From: a virus
Lineage: Duplodnaviria; Caudoviricetes
DNA: 64,000 nt
IMG/VR virus record: IMGVR_UViG_3300017913_001781
Coordinates: 32,001-96,000 of that record
Direction: 5' to 3' (one strand)
This document shows, piece after piece, positions 49,152 through 58,682 of the stretch; position 1 is the stretch's first letter; every line of letters starts with the position of its first letter. The notes beneath the pieces were generated by a model. The model was not told the DNA's origin, ran no database searches, and saw only the letters and a program-made list of their open reading frames with translations. The position numbers and the translations under genes were made by a program.

Positions 49152-49451
49152 ATGGCCAATAATATACTAGACCAAGCAAATAAGATTATCAACGAACGAT
49201 CAGAAGAGAAAGAACGCCAATATGGACCTTTCGAAGAAGGCATGCGTCGAGCTGCCATGATTTGTTCAGGAATGACAGGTAAAGAGTGGAATGGCTCTGA
49301 TATGTACGCTGCTCTTGTTGCACTTAAGCTTAGCAGACACTCTTATAACTATAAAGAAGACAACCTTCTTGATGCTGTAGCGTATCTCGGTGCTCTTAAC
49401 AATTATGTTGAAAAGCACGGCTATGGCGAATCAGAAGATCCAATTAAATAA
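49152..49451 (+). CDS. DUF6378-like nucleotide-modification-associated protein
   Basis: 'ILDQANKII...RQYG...ALKLSR...EDNLLDAVAY'. Confidence 0.7.
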   Translation: MANNILDQANKIINERSEEKERQYGPFEEGMRRAAMICSGMTGKEWNGSDMYAALVALKLSRHSYNYKEDNLLDAVAYLGALNNYVEKHGYGESEDPIK

Positions 49452-49453
49452 GT

Positions 49454-50527
49454 ATGAGTGAACTAAAGTACCTATCGGATTATATTGGCGATAAGTCGTC
49501 TCGTATTGGTATTGTAGCTCTTGTCGGTAAGTTAAGTCCTAAGATTAGCTCACATAAATCAGGCTGGGCATATCACTTGGCAAATCAATGCGTAAACGCA
49601 GGTTATGAGAACGTTGATGTAATCACAGATACCAATATAGATTGGTCAGATTACGACGCAATTCTACTAGAACATGGTATGGAATTTAAAGGCACCTTCA
49701 ATATTTTTGGCGGTGCTAATGACGATTTGTATCATCAAATTATGCGCATCTTTAGCTCTACTGAGTTGTACAGTTTACACCATGATATGCCATGTATTGG
49801 TACTTTAATTGAGCAGCGTCTTCATACTGGTACAGATCTATTCAAGACGCTTGAAGACAAGATCGAAGATATTAAACGAATCTGTGAAAATGAGATTCCA
49901 AGAATTGACTGTATTGAAAAGACAGACAAGCTTTGTTTTGGAGATAGTCATTCGTTTAGCCAATACACTCCAGGTTACATGACTCAGCGTCACGATGGTT
50001 TAACTATGCATGGCGCTCTTAAGCGAGGGTTGGACACATATGTTTATCCATGGATCAAGTCACTTCGAGTTTATTTAGGTAATATTGATGTTCGTCATCA
50101 TTTAATGAGACAGGATAATCCTTCGGCTTCTGTTAAGACACTGTTGAAGAACTATGAGAGTGAATTACTAAAGCTTCAAGAAAATGGAGTTGAAGAGATT
50201 GAAGTAGTTCATGTTTTACCTATTGAACATGAAAGCCGACCATTGCCGAAGACCGGTTACTACAAAGATACACCATTCTTTGGTACATGGGCTGAACGCA
50301 CAAGTCTTACTAAAGAGATTAATTCGGGCATTGATGAAATGTGTGCGCGTAACAATTGGAATGTTTACAAACACCCTGACGTTTACTTTAATGGAGATGG
50401 AGAATTGACATTTGACGTAATGGAAAAACCTAAGTCAGTTCATATCGCTAGAGAGTATTATCGTTGGGATTTAGTTGAAAACTGTCCTAATAAAAAACTA
50501 ATTAAACAAACTATGTCATTATTCTAA
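49454..50527 (+). CDS. Protein with C-terminal SGNH/GDSL-like hydrolase/acyltransferase domain
   Basis: 'CFGDSHS', 'G.TMHG', 'LGNIDVRHH', 'SVH' correspond to blocks I, II, III and V. Confidence 0.6.
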   Translation: MSELKYLSDYIGDKSSRIGIVALVGKLSPKISSHKSGWAYHLANQCVNAGYENVDVITDTNIDWSDYDAILLEHGMEFKGTFNIFGGANDDLYHQIMRIFSSTELYSLHHDMPCIGTLIEQRLHTGTDLFKTLEDKIEDIKRICENEIPRIDCIEKTDKLCFGDSHSFSQYTPGYMTQRHDGLTMHGALKRGLDTYVYPWIKSLRVYLGNIDVRHHLMRQDNPSASVKTLLKNYESELLKLQENGVEEIEVVHVLPIEHESRPLPKTGYYKDTPFFGTWAERTSLTKEINSGIDEMCARNNWNVYKHPDVYFNGDGELTFDVMEKPKSVHIAREYYRWDLVENCPNKKLIKQTMSLF

Positions 50528-51753
50528 TGGAGATTACAACAACCAAATATTATGACGAGTTTATTAGGTACTTTAACTTAGCTCTTGATCAGCAACAGAA
50601 AAGCAATCTAGGTCATACACCTCACCAAGATTCAGATATGAACGATCCATTGATGGAGCAGATTGAGCTCTATGATGTGGTCGAACGTAAGTTTGCTGGC
50701 TTTAGTCAAATTGTAAACGATGTATTTTATGGCTGGACAGAGGACCATCCATATTGGTCTAGAATGGAAGAAGGGTTAGTGACTTCTCAAAGACTTGAGG
50801 TTGCTAAGAACTGGACAGGCAAGCAAGATGTATTTGGACTTGAAGAGTGGCTGTATGTTTTTATTCTACACAGAGTCTGTGGATCTGCAATTAATTATGC
50901 TACTAAGCCAAGTGGTTACCATAACACTATCCTATTTGATCTGTGGCAATCTGATACTATTGAACAGATGTGTGAGCAAGTTAAATCTCGTACGACTCCA
51001 TTCTATACGTCAGTAGGTTATCAATTTCCAGCTTTTCCAAAGCCACCTCAACCAGAAGTTCAAGAGAATGTTTTTGTAGGCATGTCTGGTTTTGAAGCAC
51101 CTAAGTTTACATATAAAAGAGGTGGCGATTACTTCTTATGCGAGTTTGCTCCGCGATTAGCCCGCGATATGGCCAACTATTTGAGAAAGGGGCCAAAGAA
51201 AGACTTACGAGAATTAGGAGAGTGGATGTTTAAGTGGAACACTGATAATGGTTTAAGAGCTTATCGATTCCAATATGCAGCTGTGATTGCCGATGTTTGT
51301 GATTGGTTCCCAGAGTTTATGAATCGCGAGTCTATGTTTTATTATGGTACCAATGCGGTTGAATGTATCGGTTATTTGGCCGACACTAAAGACGGTAAAG
51401 GTAAGAAGTCTGAGCCATTCTTGGACGCAGTGATGACTAAGATATACGAAGAGACTGGTTCGTTACCCTATAATGCAGAAGATGTAGCATGTGACTTTAT
51501 TCGTTGGATAGAAAACTACATGAGACCGGGCGCTGATTACAATCACATCAATATGGATACTCTGTGGAATAGTTCTACTATATTGGATCACCCATACGGC
51601 CGACAAAAGGCTATGCTTGATTTAGGATTGGTCGAAACATTCAATGGTATGACTCACCACCCCTCGGATGATAAGATTATCTCAGAAGCTGGCTTGACGG
51701 TAGAACAATATAAAAACAAAGTCAAAAAACTATACGAATGTCAAACAGCGTAA
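50527..51753 (+). CDS. aGPT-Pplase / amino acid:DNA transferase-like protein (HhH-glycosylase fold), copy 1
   Basis: 'FILHRVCGS', 'FQYAAVIADV', 'YGTNA', 'NAEDVACDFIRW'. Confidence 0.6.
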   Translation: MEITTTKYYDEFIRYFNLALDQQQKSNLGHTPHQDSDMNDPLMEQIELYDVVERKFAGFSQIVNDVFYGWTEDHPYWSRMEEGLVTSQRLEVAKNWTGKQDVFGLEEWLYVFILHRVCGSAINYATKPSGYHNTILFDLWQSDTIEQMCEQVKSRTTPFYTSVGYQFPAFPKPPQPEVQENVFVGMSGFEAPKFTYKRGGDYFLCEFAPRLARDMANYLRKGPKKDLRELGEWMFKWNTDNGLRAYRFQYAAVIADVCDWFPEFMNRESMFYYGTNAVECIGYLADTKDGKGKKSEPFLDAVMTKIYEETGSLPYNAEDVACDFIRWIENYMRPGADYNHINMDTLWNSSTILDHPYGRQKAMLDLGLVETFNGMTHHPSDDKIISEAGLTVEQYKNKVKKLYECQTA

Positions 51754-52826
51754 AAGAAAAAGAAACTATTATTATGCCTTTGTTTGACGAGGAAGGTATC
51801 AACGTATTTCCAACTAATAATATTAAGTATCCTAAAACGGTTGAAGTGCCTTTAAAAAATGGCAAGCCTAAAGAATCTTGGATGCAAAAATGGAGCGAAG
51901 AAGAAAGAATAGAAAAGTTCTTTGAGTTTTGTCGAGTCTTTGACTTGAGAGAAGACGAGCTATTGAGAACAGATTACCAAATCTTCTCGCATCGTTTACA
52001 TTGGCACGAGCACTCTTACTGTGATTTTATGAAGAAGATCACTGATAATAAAGAGAGGTTATGGTACACTCTTGTCTTCTCATTTACAAACGAACATTGG
52101 AAGACTTTAACTACTCTTGTTGATAAGGGTGAAGAGGCTCTTGCTGAACGTTTTAAGAATCACAGGCACGCTCGTAATGACCTATTTCAGATATACTATC
52201 CAAAAGGAACAAACGTTAAGGAGTGGATCTTAGAAGGTCCAAAGAAGGCGGCTGAAGATATGTGTCATGTCTTAGAGAATCTCGATCGACCATATACGAT
52301 GATGGAGTTTGCTAAGATTATGGAAAAGTACTTTAAAGAAAAGCAAGACTTTAGAAGTCCTTTATATCCATGTAAGAATACTGCCAGATATTTGGCTATG
52401 ACTTGGCCAGAATTGGTTGACCCTAACTCAGTTTTGTTTGGTGGAACTGGTCACTTTGACGGCTTACATCAGATTTTTGGAGGTCAATATCTTAATGGTA
52501 AAGTTAAGTATTCTATTGATGCTGATGGTCAATTTGTTTGTGAGAATAAGCATGCTGAAGAATGGATTAGACAGATGGAAGTTTTAGCCCAACATCCTTC
52601 TAATCCTATTAGTGAGCAAATGTGGTTGAACTTAGAAGACAAAACTTGTTTCTTCTATAAACATATTGCTATTAGCCATGGTATCAAGTCAGCAACTAAG
52701 AGAATTCCATATAATTGGATTTTTGATTCTCAGTTTGATTTGGCCAAACACCCAAGCAATAGCGTGCAGCTTAACTCCAACACAACAAAATATTTATGGG
52801 CTAAAGATTACCCAGAAGAATTATAA
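51738..52826 (+). CDS. aGPT-Pplase / amino acid:DNA transferase-like protein, copy 2 (diverged paralogue)
   Basis: 'FFEFCRVFDLRED', 'FGGTG..DGL..IF', 'NLEDKTCFFYK' parallel copy 1. Confidence 0.5.
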   Translation: MSNSVKEKETIIMPLFDEEGINVFPTNNIKYPKTVEVPLKNGKPKESWMQKWSEEERIEKFFEFCRVFDLREDELLRTDYQIFSHRLHWHEHSYCDFMKKITDNKERLWYTLVFSFTNEHWKTLTTLVDKGEEALAERFKNHRHARNDLFQIYYPKGTNVKEWILEGPKKAAEDMCHVLENLDRPYTMMEFAKIMEKYFKEKQDFRSPLYPCKNTARYLAMTWPELVDPNSVLFGGTGHFDGLHQIFGGQYLNGKVKYSIDADGQFVCENKHAEEWIRQMEVLAQHPSNPISEQMWLNLEDKTCFFYKHIAISHGIKSATKRIPYNWIFDSQFDLAKHPSNSVQLNSNTTKYLWAKDYPEEL

Positions 52827-52827
52827 C

Positions 52828-53712
52828 ATGTCACATAATAAACATACCGATCAATTAATTAATCAAGACTTAAATCTAATGATGCCTAATAGACAGGCGT
52901 GGTTGGATTTAGCTGGTGATTGGAAGGATCCCTTTGAAGCTCCTGAGATTCACGAGCACATGGGCTTTAATGTAGTTAGAGAAGACCTAATGGGCTTTGG
53001 ATCTAAGTGTAGATTCGGAGACATTTTGGTTAGCACATGTGAGAAAGACACTTTAGTCTATGTTCAACCTCGATATGGCTTTGCAGGTATCTCACTAGCA
53101 TATTTAGCTAAAAAGTACAATAAGAAGTTGGTTTTGTTTAGTCCAAGCCAAAAAGAGATTTCAGATCACCAAGCTATTTGTGTAGAACGAGGGGCTGAGA
53201 TGAAGTTTAGAAGAGTTGCAGCTATGCCTAACCTAAATCGTATTGCAAAAGCATGGGCTGAAGATAATAACGCATTCTTTATTCCATTGGGTTTGAAGCA
53301 TGAACTTGTAACAGCTGCAGCTGTAAAGGTAGCATATGACCTAGCAGAAAAACATGGTTATCCAGAAGAAGTATGGTCAGCTATATCAACTGGCGTTTTG
53401 CAACGTTCATTGCAAATTGCATGGCCAGACGCCAAATTTAATGCAGTTGCAGTAGCTCGCAATATTCAAACAGGCGAAAGAGGCAAAGCTACAATATGGT
53501 CACACCCCAAGGCATTTAACCAAAATGTAAATGTTGAATATTATCCTCCATTCCCATCAGCTCTTAACTACGACGCTAAAGCTTGGGAATTTATGGTTAA
53601 GCATGGCAGCCCTGGTGCTTGGTTTTGGAATGTCGGCGGTGACCCTAAACCAGAACAAGAAGAAACTAAAAAGAAAGTCGACTCACAAAGAGAGTGGGGA
53701 GAAGTTCGTTGA
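52828..53712 (+). CDS. PLP-dependent enzyme (fold type II; TrpB/ACC-deaminase-like)
   Basis: 'VVREDL..GSKCR' (PLP lysine), 'GFAGISLAYLA', 'WSAISTG', 'YDAKAW', 'FWNVG'; true start ATG 52828. Confidence 0.8.
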   Translation: MSHNKHTDQLINQDLNLMMPNRQAWLDLAGDWKDPFEAPEIHEHMGFNVVREDLMGFGSKCRFGDILVSTCEKDTLVYVQPRYGFAGISLAYLAKKYNKKLVLFSPSQKEISDHQAICVERGAEMKFRRVAAMPNLNRIAKAWAEDNNAFFIPLGLKHELVTAAAVKVAYDLAEKHGYPEEVWSAISTGVLQRSLQIAWPDAKFNAVAVARNIQTGERGKATIWSHPKAFNQNVNVEYYPPFPSALNYDAKAWEFMVKHGSPGAWFWNVGGDPKPEQEETKKKVDSQREWGEVR

Positions 53713-53738
53713 AACTTTAACACATAAACCAATAAAAA
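53710..53738 (+). promoter_or_regulatory. Putative middle promoter TGAAAC-N17-TAAAAA
   Basis: Same motif as 35617, 49109 and 59021. Confidence 0.55.
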
Positions 53739-53742
53739 AATC

Positions 53743-54207
53743 ATGGCAAACTCAGATAATAAATGTGCAGATCTAGAAGTACAAGACTTCTACACTGACG
53801 TAAAAGACACGCTCGGCCTTGTATATAACAAACAGATCGAGCTACAAAGCAGACTCGGATTTAACTTCGAGAATTGGACCCTTAAAGAAATTGCAGATTT
53901 CTGGTGTGTTAACAAACATGCTATGAGCGATGAACTTAACGAAATGTTCGATGCTCTTGGTGGAGTTAATGATGGTATTGCTTCAGCAGCATGGAAATAC
54001 TGGAAAAAAGACAATGCTAAAGCGGCTACTATGACAGTAGCTGACCTTTCTAAAGAAGATCGCCTCGAACTATTTTACGAGTGGATCGATGGTCTTCACT
54101 TCTACATGAATTTTGCTATTTCAATTGGCATGACAGCAGAAGATATAGTAAACCTCTACATGGCTAAGAACGCAGAGAATCACGATCGCCAAAACCGAGG
54201 ATACTAA
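53743..54207 (+). CDS. Dimeric all-alpha dUTPase/dCTPase (T4 gp56-like)
   Basis: 'DELNEM', 'WKYWK', 'EWIDGLHF', 'YMAKNAENHDRQNRGY'. Confidence 0.85.
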   Translation: MANSDNKCADLEVQDFYTDVKDTLGLVYNKQIELQSRLGFNFENWTLKEIADFWCVNKHAMSDELNEMFDALGGVNDGIASAAWKYWKKDNAKAATMTVADLSKEDRLELFYEWIDGLHFYMNFAISIGMTAEDIVNLYMAKNAENHDRQNRGY

Positions 54208-55634
54208 TGCTACTTGATATTGAACAAAGAGAAAATGAGCTTATTGTAAGCTACTATAATCGAGAAGGTAAAGTTGATTTCAAGAGATATCCTATTTCTC
54301 AATTTGAGAATTGGGTTGTCACAGATGAAAAAGATCGCTACAAGCATCCACAGATCCTAAATTGGGATGGTCGACCTGTTAAAAAGAATCGTTCACGTTC
54401 TTATAATAAGTTTTCACTGATCTACTTTATGGATAATCTTCCAGAAAAGGATCGAGAAGAAATCTTTGAGTTTAATGTACCTCGTACTTATTATGTAGAT
54501 ATTGAGACTGAGATTGTAGATGGTTTTCCTAAACCAGAGGAAGCTAAATCTAGGATCCTCACGTTCTCTATAATCACACCCGAAAGAAAGGCTATTGTAC
54601 TAGGTCTAGAAGATCTTTCGGCTGAACAGATTGCTTCTATTGAGAAGGACACTAACGATCACTTTGAAGGTTATGATCAAGATTGGGAGTTTAGCTATTA
54701 TAAGTTTAAGAATGAGTACGAGATGCTCTATAACTTCTTGCATAAGTTCTTGCCTAAGTTTCCTATGATGACAGGCTGGAACTTCATCAACTATGACTGG
54801 CAATATATCGTTAATCGATGTAAGCATTTGCAAATCGATTTGACTGAAGTAGCTATCACCGGTTCGCTTGATCGTAATGATAGTCGACCACTTCATATGG
54901 GTATTCTAGACTATATGCAATTATACGATAAGTATGATCGCTCGGTTAAAGTAAAAGAGTCTAATACACTTGATTATGTTTCTGGTCAAGTTCTTAATGT
55001 TAAGAAGATTAAGTATCAGGGTGGTCTACAAGATCTATACGAGAATGACTTTAAGAAATATGTTTTCTATAACGTAGTTGACTCTATTCTTGTTTATTAT
55101 ATTGATGAGAAGCTAAAAAGCATGGAGGTCTTGTTAACGCTTGCTACTATTACAAAAATGCCTCTTTATAAAGCAGCTTCTCCTGTGGCTATGACAGAAG
55201 CTTTGATTGCTCGTAAATTGGTTGAGCAAAATAAACGAGTTGGCGTTGAATACGATAAAGCAGATAGTCAAAAAGACGGTAAGTATGCTGGCGCATTTGT
55301 TAAAGAGCCTATTTCTGGTTATTATAGCGGAGTTAGTGCTTTTGACTTCGCCTCACTGTATCCCTCTATTATGAGACAGTTTAATATTTCACCTGACTCA
55401 TATGTCGAAATGATACCTACTACACAGATAAATAGTCGTCGAAAGGATGAAAGTGTCATTGTGTGCGAAAACGGAGTTGTTTATGAAAAAGAAGACTCAA
55501 TTCTGAAGAAGATTCTCTCTGATCTTTATGCTCAACGTAAACAATATAAGAAAACTTCGTACGATTATTATGAAAAGGCAAGAGAGCTGAAAAAAAAATT
55601 AAATGAGAAAAAAGTCGGAGAGTCAGCTGCCTAA
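54207..55634 (+). CDS. Family B DNA polymerase, N-terminal subunit (3'-5' exonuclease and motif A)
   Basis: ExoI 'DIETE', ExoII 'GWNFINYDW', ExoIII 'YNVVD', motif A 'FDFASLYPSIM'; ends in the fingers helix. Confidence 0.93.
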   Translation: MLLDIEQRENELIVSYYNREGKVDFKRYPISQFENWVVTDEKDRYKHPQILNWDGRPVKKNRSRSYNKFSLIYFMDNLPEKDREEIFEFNVPRTYYVDIETEIVDGFPKPEEAKSRILTFSIITPERKAIVLGLEDLSAEQIASIEKDTNDHFEGYDQDWEFSYYKFKNEYEMLYNFLHKFLPKFPMMTGWNFINYDWQYIVNRCKHLQIDLTEVAITGSLDRNDSRPLHMGILDYMQLYDKYDRSVKVKESNTLDYVSGQVLNVKKIKYQGGLQDLYENDFKKYVFYNVVDSILVYYIDEKLKSMEVLLTLATITKMPLYKAASPVAMTEALIARKLVEQNKRVGVEYDKADSQKDGKYAGAFVKEPISGYYSGVSAFDFASLYPSIMRQFNISPDSYVEMIPTTQINSRRKDESVIVCENGVVYEKEDSILKKILSDLYAQRKQYKKTSYDYYEKARELKKKLNEKKVGESAA

Positions 55635-55668
55635 AATATATAAAACACTTACTAAAATACATCTAAAT

Positions 55669-55695
55669 GGGCCGATCTCACGATAGGCCTTTTTT
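55669..55695 (+). terminator. Probable terminator after the polymerase N-terminal gene
   Basis: ggccgatc-tcac-gataggcc followed by a T-run. Confidence 0.55.
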
Positions 55696-55725
55696 AGACT
55701 TCTAGGATAAAAAAATACAAACAAT

Positions 55726-56724
55726 ATGTCATTATTTAAAGATAGAATAGAATACAAACCATTTGAATACCCGGTCTATTATACAGAAGGCTGGTTAAAG
55801 CAAGCTCAAGCTTTCTGGCTTCACACAGAGATCTCTATGCAAGGAGATGTAAAAGACTGGAACGAAAACTTAATGCCACATGAGAAAAATCTTGTAGGTA
55901 ATATTCTTTTGGGTTTTGCTCAAACCGAATGTGCCGTATCTGATTATTGGACGACTATGGTTACGCAATGGTTTCCTAAGCATGAGATTAAGCAAATGGC
56001 TATGATGTTCGGTTCACAAGAGACTATTCATGCAACAGCATATTCATATCTAAATGAAACATTGGGATTAGAGGATTTCTCTGGTTTCTTGCACGAACCG
56101 GCAACCGCTAATAAATTTGAGATGCTGACCAGCACTGAGGCTGATTGGACTCATGAGGATTTGGCTAAAGATGCCAGAGCAAGAAAGGATGTTGCTAGAT
56201 CATTGGCTATTTTTTCAGCTTTTGCCGAAGGCGTTTCGCTTTATTCTTCGTTTGCGGTTCTTTACTCATTCCAAATGAGAAACCTTTTGAAGGGCATTGG
56301 TCAACAGATGAAGTGGTCAGTTCGCGATGAGTCATTGCACTCTAAGATGGGTTGCCAACTTTTCCGCCACATGTGTGAAGAATATGAGGAGCTAAAGGAG
56401 TTAGTTAGACCAGAGGTTGAACACGCTGCTGAATTAATGGTTCAAATGGAACATAAGTTTATTGATAAGATGTTTGAGATGGGTGATCTAGACAATATGA
56501 AGGCTGCTGATCTTAAAAACTTTATTCTTAAAAGAGCTAATGAAAAGTTGGTCGAATTGGGTTACGAGCCTAAAATGCAATATGATGAAAAATCAGCATC
56601 TGAACTTGATTGGTTTTATCATTTAACCGGAGGACATACTCACACCGATTTCTTTGCTGTTAGACCAACTGATTATTCTAAAGCAGGTGAAGATGAAAAT
56701 TGGGACGAAGATGATATATTCTAA
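55726..56724 (+). CDS. nrdB: Ribonucleotide reductase class I beta subunit
   Basis: 'ETIHATAY', 'EGVSLYSSF', 'RDESLH', 'DFFAVRPTDY'. Confidence 0.95.
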   Translation: MSLFKDRIEYKPFEYPVYYTEGWLKQAQAFWLHTEISMQGDVKDWNENLMPHEKNLVGNILLGFAQTECAVSDYWTTMVTQWFPKHEIKQMAMMFGSQETIHATAYSYLNETLGLEDFSGFLHEPATANKFEMLTSTEADWTHEDLAKDARARKDVARSLAIFSAFAEGVSLYSSFAVLYSFQMRNLLKGIGQQMKWSVRDESLHSKMGCQLFRHMCEEYEELKELVRPEVEHAAELMVQMEHKFIDKMFEMGDLDNMKAADLKNFILKRANEKLVELGYEPKMQYDEKSASELDWFYHLTGGHTHTDFFAVRPTDYSKAGEDENWDEDDIF

Positions 56725-56769
56725 ACAATTAACAGTTTAACACATATAAAAGCTTATAGAATAAATTAA

Positions 56770-58593
56770 ATGGAAGAAGAAACAATTAATCACGGACAAG
56801 AATTGGGTTGGGAATTAGGTGTAGACTTTCCAACTTGGGGAAATACAGAGATTTATGTTAAAACAATTAGCAGAGGTTATCTTTTAAGCGGAGAAACACC
56901 TAAAGACGCCTACTGGAGAGTAGCAACTGCAATTGCAAAAAGATTACGTAAGCCAGAATTGGCTTCTAAGTTTTTTGATTATATTTGGAAAGGCTGGCTA
57001 AATTTGGCTTCTCCAGTTCTTTCGAATACGGGAACTGAAAGAGGTTTGCCTATTTCATGCTTTGGTATTGATGTAGCCGACTCAATTCATGATATCGGTA
57101 ATAAGAATCTTGAAATGATGCTTTTAGCTAAGCATGGCGGTGGTGTTGGCATTGGCGTAAATCAAATCAGACCAGCTGGAGCGACTATTTCTCAAAATGG
57201 CACTTCAGATGGTGTTGTACCTTTTTGTAAGATTTATGATTCCGCTATTTTGGCCACAAACCAAGGTTCAGTTCGTCGCGGAGCAGCTTCTGTTAATATC
57301 GATATAGAACATGATGATTTTTGGGAATGGCTAGAAATTAGAGAGCCTAAAGGAGATGTTAATCGACAATGCTTGAATATGCACCAATGTGTTGTGGTTT
57401 CTGATGGATTTATGCAACGTATTGAAGCCGGTGAGAAAGAGGCTAGAAAACGTTGGGCTGCAGTTCTTCGCAAGCGTAGAGCAACTGGAGAACCATATAT
57501 CATGTTTAAAGGAAATGTAAATAACGTTAACCCAGACGCGTATAAAAAGAATGGACTCAAGGTCTATATGACTAATATCTGTTCGGAGATTACTCTTCAT
57601 ACGGATGAGTCTCATTCTTTTGTCTGCTGTTTGAGCTCTGTTAATTTAGCTAAATATAACGAATGGAAAGACACTGATCTAATTTACACGGCAACGTGGT
57701 TCTTAGATGGTGTTCTTGAAGAGTTTATTACTAAGGCTAAATATATGAGAGGCTTTGAAAATGCAGTTAGATCTGCAGAGAAAGGTCGAGCAATTGGTCT
57801 TGGAGTTCTTGGATGGCATACATATCTACAAGACAATAATATTCCCTTTGAAGGTCTAATGTCGCAGTTTGAGACTAGAAAGATTTTTAGCCAGATCAAG
57901 ACAGAATCTGAAAAGGCAAGTAGAGATCTAGCTCACGAGTATGGCGAACCACTTTGGTGTGTTGGTACGGGTATGAGAAACTCACACTTAAGAGCAGTTG
58001 CTCCAACGGTTTCCAACTCTAAGCTTAGTGGTAACGTTTCGCCAGGCATTGAACCATGGGCGGCAAATGTATTTACAGAACAAACGGCTAAGGGTACTTT
58101 CATCAGAAAGAATAAGTCTTTGGAACGTGCGCTAGATCACCTAGGTAAAAATGATAAAGAAACATGGGATCAAATTCTAATTGATGGTGGATCAGTTCAA
58201 GGTCTTAATTGGATCAAGGATTATTATGTGCATGCAGGTGAATCGCATGATTCTGAATGGGGATTACCGATTCACTCTGATAAATTGAAGGAAGCTCCAC
58301 AAGCAACGGCAGATAACTTTATTCCAATGGCTGATGTTTATAAGACGTTTAAAGAGATAAATCAACTTGAATTAGTTAAGCAAGCTGGCGTCAGACAACA
58401 ATATGTTGATCAATCAGTTTCACTAAACTTAGCATTTCCAAAAGAAGCAAGTCCTAAGTTTATTAACCAAGTTCACTTAGAAGCCTATAATCAAGGCATT
58501 AAGACTCTATATTACATGAGAACGGAAAGTGTATTAAGAGGAGATATCGCCACTGCAGCAACAGACCCGGATTGTCTAAGCTGTGATGGCTAA
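56770..58593 (+). CDS. nrdA: Ribonucleotide reductase class I alpha subunit (no ATP cone)
   Basis: 'ISCF', 'TNICSEI', 'CCLSS', 'APTVS', 'KTLYYMR', C-terminal 'CLSCDG'. Confidence 0.95.
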   Translation: MEEETINHGQELGWELGVDFPTWGNTEIYVKTISRGYLLSGETPKDAYWRVATAIAKRLRKPELASKFFDYIWKGWLNLASPVLSNTGTERGLPISCFGIDVADSIHDIGNKNLEMMLLAKHGGGVGIGVNQIRPAGATISQNGTSDGVVPFCKIYDSAILATNQGSVRRGAASVNIDIEHDDFWEWLEIREPKGDVNRQCLNMHQCVVVSDGFMQRIEAGEKEARKRWAAVLRKRRATGEPYIMFKGNVNNVNPDAYKKNGLKVYMTNICSEITLHTDESHSFVCCLSSVNLAKYNEWKDTDLIYTATWFLDGVLEEFITKAKYMRGFENAVRSAEKGRAIGLGVLGWHTYLQDNNIPFEGLMSQFETRKIFSQIKTESEKASRDLAHEYGEPLWCVGTGMRNSHLRAVAPTVSNSKLSGNVSPGIEPWAANVFTEQTAKGTFIRKNKSLERALDHLGKNDKETWDQILIDGGSVQGLNWIKDYYVHAGESHDSEWGLPIHSDKLKEAPQATADNFIPMADVYKTFKEINQLELVKQAGVRQQYVDQSVSLNLAFPKEASPKFINQVHLEAYNQGIKTLYYMRTESVLRGDIATAATDPDCLSCDG

Positions 58594-58595
58594 CG

Positions 58596-58682
58596 AAGTC
58601 GAGGTTTGAAGACCTCTTCTTAGGACCGGGATAGTTCTCGGACAGAGGCCAGGAGTTCGCTACTTCCTGGCCTCATTTTTTT
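58596..58682 (+). ncRNA. GC-rich three-hairpin element downstream of nrdA, ending in a terminator
   Basis: gaggt-ttgaag-acctc; ccggga-tagt-tctcgg; gaggccagga...tcctggcctc plus T-run. Confidence 0.35.

Noticed and set aside
52666-52827. N-terminal extension of the PLP enzyme as given in the ORF track
   Set aside because: Overlaps the upstream gene by 160 nt; ATG at 52828 directly after the upstream stop is the more plausible start
55635-55642. AATATATA as a late promoter for nrdB
   Set aside because: Immediately followed by a terminator-like hairpin and located in very AT-rich DNA; may be chance
58594-58682. tRNA gene
   Set aside because: Contains GTTCG but no cloverleaf or acceptor stem; the last hairpin is terminator-like
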